From positions 32,001 through 96,000 of the IMG/VR virus record IMGVR_UViG_2744054987_000003: a DNA stretch of 64,000 bases, one strand, 5' to 3'. The stretch comes from a virus (Duplodnaviria; Caudoviricetes). Under the pieces are notes generated by a model. It had not been told where the DNA came from, did not search any database, and saw nothing but the letters and a program-made list of their open reading frames with translations. The translations under genes and the position numbers were made by a program. This document shows, in pieces, positions 46,453 through 55,026 of the stretch. Numbering within the stretch: position 1 is the first letter of the stretch; every line of letters begins with the position of its first letter.

Positions 46453-47693
46453 CGCAATTCTTCGAGCACGCTGATCTCGGTTCGTTCGCTGAGTTGCCAG
46501 TTGAGCAGCCAGTTTTTGATGTCGGAGCGTCGGGAACCGAGCATCCGCAGCTTCATGGCGTTGTTCTGGCGCTCCTGGCCGGTGCGCGAAAGACCCAACG
46601 CCAGATCAACCTCGCGCTCGGTCTCAGCGGCGTCGGCGAAGTGATGCAGTTCGATATCGCCGCTGGCCTTGGAGTCCTTGTCAGGGCGGCGCAGCTGCAC
46701 AGCCAGCAGGCACGGCAGCTCCTGGCGTGGACGTGACAGCTCGATCGACAGCTGCTTGAGCACAGTACCGCGATGATCCTTGAGGTCACGTGTGCGTCTG
46801 CCTGCCTCCATGTGGGAGAGCTGGTCGATGATGACCAGGTCGGCCCCGGCCTGACGGGCGCGGGCCAGCATGGAGGCCACGGTGCGGTCGCCCTCCTCGG
46901 GACTTTCGACCAGGATGCCGCCCATCTCAGCAAGACTGTCTTGTGCTTGCGTCAGCCGCTGCATCTGCTCGTGGTTGAGGTCGCCGTGCGACAGACTGCT
47001 GTAGCTGACGCCGGAGAACATGGCATCGATACGGTCTTCGATTTCGGCGATGCTCATCTCCAGGGTGAAGAAGATCGGGGTGTACCCAGCCTTGCGCAGC
47101 GACACCGCAGCATTGACCAAGAACCAGGTCTTGCCGGTCTTGGCGAAGGCTCCGAGGGCCACCAGTTCGCCCGGCATGATGCCGCCGATGTGTGCGTCTA
47201 GCTCAGGTATACCCAGCGTCAATCCGATGCCGCCGGGGCGCTGGTTGCGTTCAACGTAACGCTGGCGGCGTTCCTGCGGGTCGGTCATGTCTGAGCGCAG
47301 CAGTCGCGGGGAGACACGCTCGACGGCCTGGTAGGCGCTGGCATGCAGTTTGCGCAGCGCGGCGATGGGGTCTTCGTGCAGTGAGGCAGCGGCCTCGCGC
47401 AGCATCTCCTGTGCGTCGTTGACGGCGCAGCTGCGTTGCAGTGACTCGGCTAGCCACAGCGGCGACTCCTCAACGTCAGGCAGTAGCGCGAAGCCTGGGA
47501 ACTCCTGCTCGATGACGAACGGGGTGGGAGCCATCTTCATCTGGCTGTCGAGCCAGTACTCGATGGTGAAGGCGTAGGCCGCTCTGGTGATCGGCTCCTC
47601 GAACGCCTCCGGGCGCAATCCGCTGTCATAAACGCGGGCGATCTCTGCCGGGTCGGTCAGGCATGACAGCAGACGACGTTCAATGTCAGACAT
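46449..47693 (-). CDS. dnaB: DnaB-like replicative helicase
   Basis: AKTGKT Walker A, TLEMS, IIDQL, QLRR. Confidence 0.9.
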   Translation of the reverse strand: MSDIERRLLSCLTDPAEIARVYDSGLRPEAFEEPITRAAYAFTIEYWLDSQMKMAPTPFVIEQEFPGFALLPDVEESPLWLAESLQRSCAVNDAQEMLREAAASLHEDPIAALRKLHASAYQAVERVSPRLLRSDMTDPQERRQRYVERNQRPGGIGLTLGIPELDAHIGGIMPGELVALGAFAKTGKTWFLVNAAVSLRKAGYTPIFFTLEMSIAEIEDRIDAMFSGVSYSSLSHGDLNHEQMQRLTQAQDSLAEMGGILVESPEEGDRTVASMLARARQAGADLVIIDQLSHMEAGRRTRDLKDHRGTVLKQLSIELSRPRQELPCLLAVQLRRPDKDSKASGDIELHHFADAAETEREVDLALGLSRTGQERQNNAMKLRMLGSRRSDIKNWLLNWQLSERTEISVLEELR

Positions 47694-48473
47694 CTAGATT
47701 ATCGGCCTTATCTCGCCGCGCTCGATCTCATCGACGGTGCGCCGACGCGCTTTGGGTCGGTAGTCCTCACCAGTGAACTCGAATACCAGCGACTGCTCAG
47801 ATAATTGTGACAACACCTGTGCTCCGTATCCGGTGCTCAGTTCACCCAGTGTGCAGTTGGTGGTCAAGATGGTGGGTCTGCCCTCGGCCACCCGAGTACG
47901 CAGGATCATGTCGAAGGTCGACTGCGGCAGGTTGGTGCTGGTGCGCAGCTCCCGGCCAAGATCGTCGAGCAGCAGCACCTTGCTGTACATGAATTTGTCG
48001 GCGAACCACTCTTTGCGTTCACTGCTGCGCCAAGATGCGGTGAACGCCTCAACGGCATTGGCGAAGGTGGTGGCAAAACAGGTGTAGCCGCGCTTGATCA
48101 ACTCCTTGAGAATCAAGTTGGCGACGAGAGTCTTGCCCAAACCGATGCCGCCGTGGAGCAGCAGTCCGACGCCTCGCGCGATGTAGTCGTCGTGACGTTC
48201 CAAGTATTTCAGCACGTGAGGCAGCAGTGCGGGGTCGCCTTCGTAGTCGGCCCAGTCCAGACGTTGATACGTCACACCGATGCCGGAAGCGGCATAATGC
48301 AAAGCCAGCTGAAGCTGGCGCTGACAGTTGCAGTCGCACTCGTTTCCTTGCCAGCGGTAGGTCTTGGCTCCCCGGCAGGTCGGGCAGACGCCAAGCATCA
48401 GCTCGGGATGGCTTCGATCGATGCGTTCGGCCTCATCGTCATCCAGAAAGGCCGTCTCGATGTTGAAGGTCAC
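47694..48473 (-). CDS. DnaC/IstB-like helicase loader
   Basis: N-terminal Cys cluster, GIGLGKT, LLLDDLG, TILTTN, GEDYR. Confidence 0.9.
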   Translation of the reverse strand: MTFNIETAFLDDDEAERIDRSHPELMLGVCPTCRGAKTYRWQGNECDCNCQRQLQLALHYAASGIGVTYQRLDWADYEGDPALLPHVLKYLERHDDYIARGVGLLLHGGIGLGKTLVANLILKELIKRGYTCFATTFANAVEAFTASWRSSERKEWFADKFMYSKVLLLDDLGRELRTSTNLPQSTFDMILRTRVAEGRPTILTTNCTLGELSTGYGAQVLSQLSEQSLVFEFTGEDYRPKARRRTVDEIERGEIRPII

Positions 48474-49216
48474 ACATCTTCCTTGGTCAGAACGATAACG
48501 GCGTTCTCTAGACAGTCCCTGTTGTCGGCGAGTCCCTGAATGTGCGTGGGTTTGCCGGTGACGTTGTGCCGCAACGCGGTGTAGGCGTGGTGGTAGTGAC
48601 CGTGGTAGAGCAGATCGGGAACAACCGCATCGCAGATGCCGCCCAGCACCATGCGGTGACGTTCTGATGCGTGAATGGCTTCTATGGGGAACAGGCCCGG
48701 TTTCAGGCCGGGGATCTCCACCGCGTCAGGGCAGTCGTGGCTCAGCACGACATCGACGTCGCCAGAACGACAGCAATGACGAACATCGACACTAGACAGC
48801 TCCTCCTCGACGAACCAGTCGAGCATTGGAGTCCGCGACTTCTTGTCAACGCTGACGCCGCCGCCGACACCCATCCAGGTCTTGTTCCACCACTGCCAGC
48901 GATGGCCGCGAGGGACGTGCTGGACGTGCTTGCCCCACCTGTCGCCCGGCACCAAGGCGCTGAACTCCTCGTGGTTGCCGTCGATCCAGTAGAAGCGAAT
49001 GTCGTTACCGTCGACCAGTCGGTCAACGTCGTCCATGAATGTGCCGTCGTCGCCGGTCGGCCAGAAGCCGAAGTCTCCGAGCTGGAAGATGACGTCGACT
49101 CCCTCTGCCACGGCCTTGGCGACCACGCGCTTCAGAAAGCGGTAGTCGCGGTGTGTATCGCCGACAAGCATGAGTTTCTGCGGGTCCGGCCCCATGTCGA
49201 CACGGCATTCAGGCAT
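48470..49216 (-). CDS. Calcineurin-like metallophosphoesterase
   Basis: GDTH, GDFG, GNHE, SHD, GHYH. Confidence 0.9.
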   Translation of the reverse strand: MPECRVDMGPDPQKLMLVGDTHRDYRFLKRVVAKAVAEGVDVIFQLGDFGFWPTGDDGTFMDDVDRLVDGNDIRFYWIDGNHEEFSALVPGDRWGKHVQHVPRGHRWQWWNKTWMGVGGGVSVDKKSRTPMLDWFVEEELSSVDVRHCCRSGDVDVVLSHDCPDAVEIPGLKPGLFPIEAIHASERHRMVLGGICDAVVPDLLYHGHYHHAYTALRHNVTGKPTHIQGLADNRDCLENAVIVLTKEDV

Positions 49217-49250
49217 GGCGTTAGAGACGTCCTTTGTCGTGGAGGGCTAG

Positions 49251-49544
49251 GCACTTTCAACAACTCAAGAAAACACCCAGCCAGTCTTCGGATTCCCCTA
49301 CTCTCCCCGGATCGTGGCCACTCCCCGGTTCCCCTCAAGTACTAAGTCCAACTGTTCTCCTGCTTCACTCGCGGCGGATTTCGCCCTCCACAGCCCTTCG
49401 TTCAGGGATCGCCTGATCTTCGTGCGGCTCGTCGTCCGCTGTCCCGATCAGGTCGTGGTCGTTAACCGTCAGGGGCTGCTTCGCTGGGGTACTTGCACGG
49501 TACCTCGCAGGTCTGGATGCTTTCTTGAGTTGTCAAAGTGCGTT
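49251..49544 (-). ncRNA. Candidate ~295-nt structured non-coding RNA
   Basis: Promoter directly upstream; ~29-bp terminal stem with G-U-compatible mismatches; four further nested stems; no credible ORF. Confidence 0.65.
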
Positions 49545-49550
49545 GACTCC

Positions 49551-49579
49551 AGTATAGCAGAGTGTCTAATGTCTGTCTA
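49551..49579 (-). promoter_or_regulatory. TAGACA-N5-TAGACA-N6-TATACT promoter
   Basis: 17-bp spacing; same architecture as 7670 and 57754. Confidence 0.75.
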
Positions 49580-49826
49580 GTGTCTGCAACTCCTTGATGC
49601 GGTGCAGACCCCATTTGCCGTTCTCCCACTTGACCCAGCAGTACCCCTCGATGACTGCTGGGCCTTCGACTACACCACGCAGGCTGCCTTCCTGTGTGTG
49701 GATGACCGTCGCGCCGTCGATGTCGGTGGTGCCCTCACCCATCGTGGGCTTGCCGTTGATCAACAGCGCCATCCACTGGCCGGTGAAGGCATCGGCGTCA
49801 ACGCAGTCAGGGTGTGTCTTGGCCAT
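49566..49826 (-). CDS. Hypothetical protein (86 aa)
   Basis: ORF track; TGATG coupling. Confidence 0.65.
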   Translation of the reverse strand: MAKTHPDCVDADAFTGQWMALLINGKPTMGEGTTDIDGATVIHTQEGSLRGVVEGPAVIEGYCWVKWENGKWGLHRIKELQTLDRH

Positions 49827-50218
49827 CAGATGTCCGAGAGCTGCCCGAAGTCGAATTGCGCCTTGGCATCAGCGCAGTGGCGCTGCTGTTCGTCGTAGAG
49901 ATGCTGTTGTAGCTCACGATCCAGGATGTCGGTAAACCATTTGCGGCCCTTGGAAAAAGACATGTGGCCGATCACCTCGTTGCGGTACTGACCCTGGTGC
50001 CACACGCAGGCCCATTTAACGATCTGTCCGGCGCGACCACCGTAGGTGCGCTTGAGTCCAGCCATCACAGCACGCTCGGGGTAGCCGTCAACGGCCAGGT
50101 CGATACCTCGCAGCTGCTTGATCGCGAGCTTGAGGTAGGTCACCAGTTCAGTGTCGCTCATCGCGGTAACCGGCTTGCCGAGAGCAGCCTCGGCGGGATC
50201 GAGTTCAGCGAAGGCCAC
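49826..50218 (-). CDS. Hypothetical protein (130 aa)
   Basis: ORF track; AGGAG RBS. Confidence 0.7.
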   Translation of the reverse strand: MAFAELDPAEAALGKPVTAMSDTELVTYLKLAIKQLRGIDLAVDGYPERAVMAGLKRTYGGRAGQIVKWACVWHQGQYRNEVIGHMSFSKGRKWFTDILDRELQQHLYDEQQRHCADAKAQFDFGQLSDI

Positions 50219-50233
50219 TCGATACGACTCCTG

Positions 50234-50770
50234 TCAGCGAATGGACGTGGTCTTGCGCTCCGCGTCCTTGATCTTGGTGACGATCTCGTCGAGTTCCTGG
50301 TCATCGATCAGGCCGCGACGGTAGATCGAGGCAGCCATGCCCTTCATGTGGCTGAGCGTGTACCTGCTCTTGCGCACACCCATCTTGATGGGTTCGATCC
50401 TCTCGCCCTTCTCGTCAACGAAAATCCCGTTGGACTGCGCCCAGTAGACCCACTGCGGGCTCCGGTCGAAGAACTCGGCTGTTTCCCGAGCGCTGAAGCC
50501 CCGCTCGAACCTCACCGGCTTGCTGGCCGTCGGCTTCTTCTGGCGCGCGGGCTTAGGCTGCGGTTCAGGCTCGGGCTTGGGTTCAGGGTCAGGCTCCAGA
50601 ACTGTGGCCTCATCGAAGTCCAGCGCAACCGAGGCTCCCGCTGGGGGAGCCTCGGGCGCTTCGGGGTCTTCCTGCGACACAGCGGACGACTCGACGGCAT
50701 CGACGGCATCGACGTTGGTGTCGCTGAACAGTGGTGACTCGAACAGCAACCGTTCTGCATCTGTCGTCAT
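50234..50770 (-). CDS. MerR/excisionase-like HTH DNA-binding protein
   Basis: FSARETAEFFDRSPQWVYW...SRYTL after an acidic Pro-rich linker. Confidence 0.7.
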   Translation of the reverse strand: MTTDAERLLFESPLFSDTNVDAVDAVESSAVSQEDPEAPEAPPAGASVALDFDEATVLEPDPEPKPEPEPQPKPARQKKPTASKPVRFERGFSARETAEFFDRSPQWVYWAQSNGIFVDEKGERIEPIKMGVRKSRYTLSHMKGMAASIYRRGLIDDQELDEIVTKIKDAERKTTSIR

Positions 50771-50843
50771 CGTGTTCGTCCTCCTAGTACGCTATCGTCT
50801 ACGATTAACGATAGCACACGTCCAATGATTCGCAGATCGACCC

Positions 50844-51545
50844 TCACAGGTCACGGACGACGAATCGCGGCGTCTTGGCCTTGCCAGGCACCAGGCAGGT
50901 CCGCAGCGCTTCAAGCACCGCGTGGTCGTTCTGCGCCAGGTCGAGAACCTTTTCGACCGACAGCTGGTATTCGATGCGCTCAGGGATGATCTCGGCGGGG
51001 ATGATCACCTCGTCGCAGGCTTCCAGCCAGCGGTCACCCAACAGGGCCTGCAGGCGCTGCTCGTCGACCTGCGGCACGCCGGTGCCCGCGCCCTCGCGGC
51101 AGAACTTCTTGCCGAGCGCCTTGACCTCCAGCGCGCCGTTCTGGCCGGGGACGTCGGCGACCTCGTCAAGGTGAGCGAACACCTCGTCGCGGATCATGTC
51201 GCGGCGAACCTTGATGAACTCATCGACCTCACGCTCGTCGAGGAACTCGCTCATCAGCTCCTCGGCCTGCTGGTCGTTGAGCGCCGCGCTCTCACGCAGC
51301 TCGCCGGAGCCGATGTTGGTGCTCATCTTGTCGATGATGTTGTTCATCTTGTCGCGCAGCGCCAGCAGCTGATCGAGGTCGAAGTCTTCGATGGCCTGCC
51401 TCTGCGCCTCCATGCGGGTGGCGACAGTGGAGCGCGTCGACTTCTCGGTCTTGTTCGGCACCGTAGCCAGCAGCGCCTCGAACACGGCGATCTCGTTGCC
51501 GGAAGCGGCGCTCGCGGCCAGGGCGGGAAAGTCGATGACGGTCAT
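50844..51545 (-). CDS. Hypothetical helical protein (233 aa)
   Basis: Strong GC3 bias, GAGGAG RBS, own TAGACA promoter at 51573-51608. Confidence 0.8.
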   Translation of the reverse strand: MTVIDFPALAASAASGNEIAVFEALLATVPNKTEKSTRSTVATRMEAQRQAIEDFDLDQLLALRDKMNNIIDKMSTNIGSGELRESAALNDQQAEELMSEFLDEREVDEFIKVRRDMIRDEVFAHLDEVADVPGQNGALEVKALGKKFCREGAGTGVPQVDEQRLQALLGDRWLEACDEVIIPAEIIPERIEYQLSVEKVLDLAQNDHAVLEALRTCLVPGKAKTPRFVVRDL

Positions 51546-51780
51546 TGCGTTCTCCTCACGTCGGATGTTTCTAGTCTAGCAGATGTCTAGAACAACAGCA
51601 AGTGTCTAAACGCAGCCGCCGTATCCGCCGCCGTAGCAAGCCGTGGGTGCCGCGCGGGTCGAAGTCGGCGTCGATCTTGCCGCAGCCCTGGCAGCAACCG
51701 CAGTCGGTGCACCAGCGCAGTTATTGCAGACACCGAGTTCGTCGCGCACCGCATCGAAGATGGGGTTCAGTCGCATGAAG

Positions 51781-52041
51781 CTAACGCCCACGACGGGCCT
51801 CGATCAGTCGCTGCTGCGCGGTAGCGATGATGTCGTCGAGCGTGGGGCCGAGCACCGAATGCTGAATGAACTGGGTGGCCAGCTTGACCTGATCTTCGCT
51901 GGGAATGCCCTTCCATTTGGTGCTGAAGCTGGCAGCGGGTTTGATGAAATCGCTGAAGCCGTTGGCGGTTGTGGTCACCGACAGCGTGGCCCCGAAATGC
52001 AGGGTCAGCTGCGTCTCGACGATCTCTGGTTCACTGCTCAT
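51781..52041 (-). CDS. Hypothetical protein
   Basis: GAGGA RBS; MSSEPEIV... Confidence 0.7.
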   Translation of the reverse strand: MSSEPEIVETQLTLHFGATLSVTTTANGFSDFIKPAASFSTKWKGIPSEDQVKLATQFIQHSVLGPTLDDIIATAQQRLIEARRGR

Positions 52042-52177
52042 CGGATGGTCCTCTCGGTGGGTTGGGACGAGGCGCAGCAACGATCTCGCCGGAGAAAAGA
52101 AGGTAAAATTCGGGTCATGGACCGTGCTTGGCGGGTGATGGAATTGAAACCGCTTTGACGCCTCGCCCCAGGCTCTT

Positions 52178-52498
52178 TCAGATGCTCAAGGTCGCAAACG
52201 GGTCACGACAGAACGCATCACGCATCGCACGCAGGAAGCGCGGCGCGAAATCGATGCGACTCCAAGCATCATCTCGGGACTCGAACTTGTTGCGCAGGAA
52301 CTCCTCATCGTCCTCCAGCTGGCGCAGTGCCGAAGCCAGCCGGGGCAGCATCTCGATGCCGGTCTTGCTCTTCCAACTTTCGACCTTGCCCAGTCCCAGA
52401 TGCTCGAACAGCGCGTTGAACCCGTAAGGCAAGCTGGTGAATGCGTGGTTGAGCGATTCCCCGCAGGTGTGACAGTGCACGCCGACGTCGTAGCTCAC
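52178..52498 (-). CDS. Hypothetical protein (106 aa, CxxC)
   Basis: ORF track; GTGA overlap. Confidence 0.7.
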   Translation of the reverse strand: MSYDVGVHCHTCGESLNHAFTSLPYGFNALFEHLGLGKVESWKSKTGIEMLPRLASALRQLEDDEEFLRNKFESRDDAWSRIDFAPRFLRAMRDAFCRDPFATLSI

Positions 52499-52683
52499 GA
52501 GACCGCCTCCAGCAGTGCCGGATAGGTGGCCTTGCTGTGGACGTCCGCGCCGTAGCGCACATAGGCGTAGCTGTCGCTGACCGAGGTGATCACACCCTCC
52601 TCGCCCGGTGAGTCTGACGCGAGGTGCGGGGCACGATAGACCACCTTGTGACCGACTTGTTCACGGGCTTCATCGATGGTCAT
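52495..52683 (-). CDS. Small SH3-like hypothetical protein
   Basis: VVYR...EEGVITSV....YVRY. Confidence 0.65.
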   Translation of the reverse strand: MTIDEAREQVGHKVVYRAPHLASDSPGEEGVITSVSDSYAYVRYGADVHSKATYPALLEAVS

Positions 52684-53084
52684 GCCTGGACCTCACTGAC
52701 ATCGGTGTTCTCCTCATCGGTCGCATCAGCGGCTTGTGTTTGCAAGGCTTCGATCTTGGCGCGCAACGAATCCTGGGCCAGACGCATCTCGATGTGGGTC
52801 ATGGTGGATGCCAGCTCGTCGGCATACTTCCAGTAGGCCAGGAACAGGATCAGCATGTCGCCGATCATCGTGGCAGGAACCTTGCCCAGCCTGCTCTCTG
52901 TGGCAGCCAGTGCGATGCTGACGGCGGTGGCGGGCATCCCGCGCGGGTCGTCGGAGTCCAAACGGCGTTCTGCCTCGGAGGCCCACTGCTCCAGGTATTC
53001 CAGGAACTTCTTGCCGACCTCGCCTTCGTCTAGCAGCTCAGCACGCTGCTGCTGCCACAGTGCTTCGTCGCTGACCAGCATCAC
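52680..53084 (-). CDS. Hypothetical protein
   Basis: MLVSDEALW...; GTGA overlap. Confidence 0.65.
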   Translation of the reverse strand: MMLVSDEALWQQQRAELLDEGEVGKKFLEYLEQWASEAERRLDSDDPRGMPATAVSIALAATESRLGKVPATMIGDMLILFLAYWKYADELASTMTHIEMRLAQDSLRAKIEALQTQAADATDEENTDVSEVQA

Positions 53085-53341
53085 GCCACCGCGCCGTCGA
53101 GCGGGCGGAACCCGGCGAGGTCGATGCCCAACTCCTCGGCCAGGCGGGCGAAGATCGGGGTCTCGTCGTGGTGGATCTGGCGCAGCCGCTCGACCAATGC
53201 GCCGGGCGGACGTTCGGACTTGTACTGCGTGTGGCGTGGCTTGCGACTCGGGGCGGCGACCGCAACAGGTCCGGTGACGATGAGAAAGTTGATGGCAAAG
53301 AACGCAAGGCATCCCACCATCAAGACCAATGCGTCGTTCAT
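53081..53341 (-). CDS. Small membrane protein
   Basis: N-terminal TM helix. Confidence 0.6.
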   Translation of the reverse strand: MNDALVLMVGCLAFFAINFLIVTGPVAVAAPSRKPRHTQYKSERPPGALVERLRQIHHDETPIFARLAEELGIDLAGFRPLDGAVA

Positions 53342-53700
53342 GCTGAATCCTTAGTGTTGTAGGGCTCTCTGAGTTGTCGGCCACGGACGCTGACGCTGAT
53401 GCCCCAACGCCAGATGACGATGTAGAAACTGTGGTCGTCATAGAGCGGCTGCGACGTCGAGTGGCCCTCGAACCAGCCGTCGAACTGTCCGGTGAGATCG
53501 CCGAAGCTCATGTCGATACAGAACTGCGGTCCCTGGTGACTACCAGACTCGGATTCGCAGCAGCTCGCGAGATCGCCGTAGGTCACGCGCCAGCGTTTGG
53601 TCATCGTGTCGCGGTAGCGGTTGTACCAGGGCAGCTTGCCGTCCCACCAGTCGTCGTCGCGCAACGGCATGGTCGATAACCATTGACTGACCGGCTTCAC
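53338..53700 (-). CDS. Trp-rich hypothetical protein (120 aa)
   Basis: ORF track; overlaps. Confidence 0.65.
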   Translation of the reverse strand: MKPVSQWLSTMPLRDDDWWDGKLPWYNRYRDTMTKRWRVTYGDLASCCESESGSHQGPQFCIDMSFGDLTGQFDGWFEGHSTSQPLYDDHSFYIVIWRWGISVSVRGRQLREPYNTKDSA

Positions 53701-53848
53701 CGGCTGGCCCGACTTCCCAACGCCATGAGCGCAGCGCCGACGATCAGCGCAGTAAAGATGTGCGCCAGGTAGGCCACGGGATTGTTGCTCAGCCCGGCGG
53801 CGATGCCGAAGCCGATTCCGGCTGAAACAGCGACGAATCCGGCGGTGG

Positions 53849-54235
53849 TCATACGATCACTCCTGTTCCCTTGGCGCGCTTTCCGGGTGGCGGCTGACTT
53901 GACTGCTTGCTTTCGGGATGGAGGAGCACGCCGTACTGAGGGCAGTAGGCGCTGATGGCAGCGGTGATGATGACCGTTGACGCCTGCGCGTCGAGGGTCG
54001 AATGCACCATGCGCTGGACGATCTCGGCGATGGCGAAGCCCGAGTCGATGTTGCGGCACAGCTGGTGTCCCAACGTGATCGCGTATTCGCGGCTGCGGTA
54101 TCCGATCTTGTTGGAATCCAACGTCTGAAGGTAGGTCGTGTCGGCGCTGTTGTCTGCGTGCGCGTCAGCGGTCGGTGCGACCAGTGGCGACAGGAGCACT
54201 GCTCCGATCAATGCGAAGCCCGGAAGTCTAGTCAT
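53849..54235 (-). CDS. DUF732 family secreted protein
   Basis: Signal peptide AHAD; DTTYL...GHQLC...AAISAYCPQY. Confidence 0.8.
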   Translation of the reverse strand: MTRLPGFALIGAVLLSPLVAPTADAHADNSADTTYLQTLDSNKIGYRSREYAITLGHQLCRNIDSGFAIAEIVQRMVHSTLDAQASTVIITAAISAYCPQYGVLLHPESKQSSQPPPGKRAKGTGVIV

Positions 54236-54436
54236 CGTCCAGTGGATTCCCTTCAGTAGGGCAGGTGTCTCCAACGAGTGTATAGCACTTGACTAGAGGG
54301 CGCAAGTCTTGTCCTGGGTGATCCTTGGTCGACCGTCTTCCTGATTTTGGGCAGAGTTCTCGCAAGGATTAGGCAATAAGTCCAGGTCAATTCATGTTCA
54401 GTTGTTGTCTATCCAGACACCACACTCAGTACCTGG

Positions 54437-54582
54437 CCCGCCGAAGGCGGGATGAAAGTACACCGAAGTGAGGTGTACTTTCCGGCCGAAGGCCGGTGCC
54501 CCCCAAACCCCCCACGACCGAAAATTTCGGCCGCCGAGGCGGGCGGCAAACCCCTCTAGCCCCTTGTCTTCGAGAGACAAGG
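54437..54582. other. Cluster of six short hairpins, two with GAA triloops
   Basis: CCCGCC-GAA-GGCGGG, GAAAGTACACC-N7-GGTGTACTTTC, CCGGCC-GAA-GGCCGG, CCGAAA-A-TTTCGG, CCGCC-GA-GGCGG, CCTTGTCT-N5-AGACAAGG. Confidence 0.85.
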
Positions 54583-54734
54583 AGCTTTCCCGTTGCCACC
54601 CAGGTCGTAGTACTCCGAACAAGGATGGTCGCTGCCCGCGACAGCGAGAGTTACGCGGGGATGTGTCCTTTCGTTGGGAAGCGAGGGGTGGAGCAGGACT
54701 CAGCTTGTTTACGGCATCTGCGGCATGTCTACGG

Positions 54735-54774
54735 CGTCATTACGTCATTGCGTCATTACGTCATTGCGTCATTA
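54735..54774. repeat. Tandem 8-bp repeat CGTCATT(A/G) x5
   Basis: Read directly; the final base alternates A, G, A, G, A. Confidence 0.95.
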
Positions 54775-54871
54775 CGTTTTGCCCGAAGGCCATCTCTGTG
54801 CCTGGCACACCTATACACCAGGAGTTACTTTGGGTACTGCCTCGACAGCTGATGCACTGGAGGCTTCGGAC

Positions 54872-54901
54872 TTGACATCATCAGTGGATGTTCAGTACCG
54901 T
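54872..54901 (+). promoter_or_regulatory. SigA-like promoter TTGACA-N18-TACCGT
   Basis: Consensus -35 and TANNNT -10. Confidence 0.55.
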
Positions 54902-54923
54902 TACGACCAGCGTGCTAGCTTGT

Positions 54924-54960
54924 CGAAGGCCCCTGTAGGAGAAATCCTCGGGGGCCTTCG
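54924..54960 (+). terminator. GC-rich stem-loop, possible terminator or attenuator
   Basis: CGAAGGCCCC...AGGA-GAAA-TCCT...GGGGCCTTCG followed by TCATTT. Confidence 0.55.
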
Positions 54961-55026
54961 TCATTTCTAGCACTCCTCGCGCCGGAACGCAACGCTTGCC
55001 AAGTGTGAGGCATTTGCGTGTAGACT

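Noticed and set aside
49251-49541. MITE or IS remnant as the explanation of the inverted repeat
   Set aside because: No target-site duplication or second copy seen; strand-specific G-U pairing and the adjacent promoter favour an RNA, though a MITE is not fully excluded.
54735-54774. CRISPR array
   Set aside because: The repeats are 8 bp and contiguous, with no spacers.
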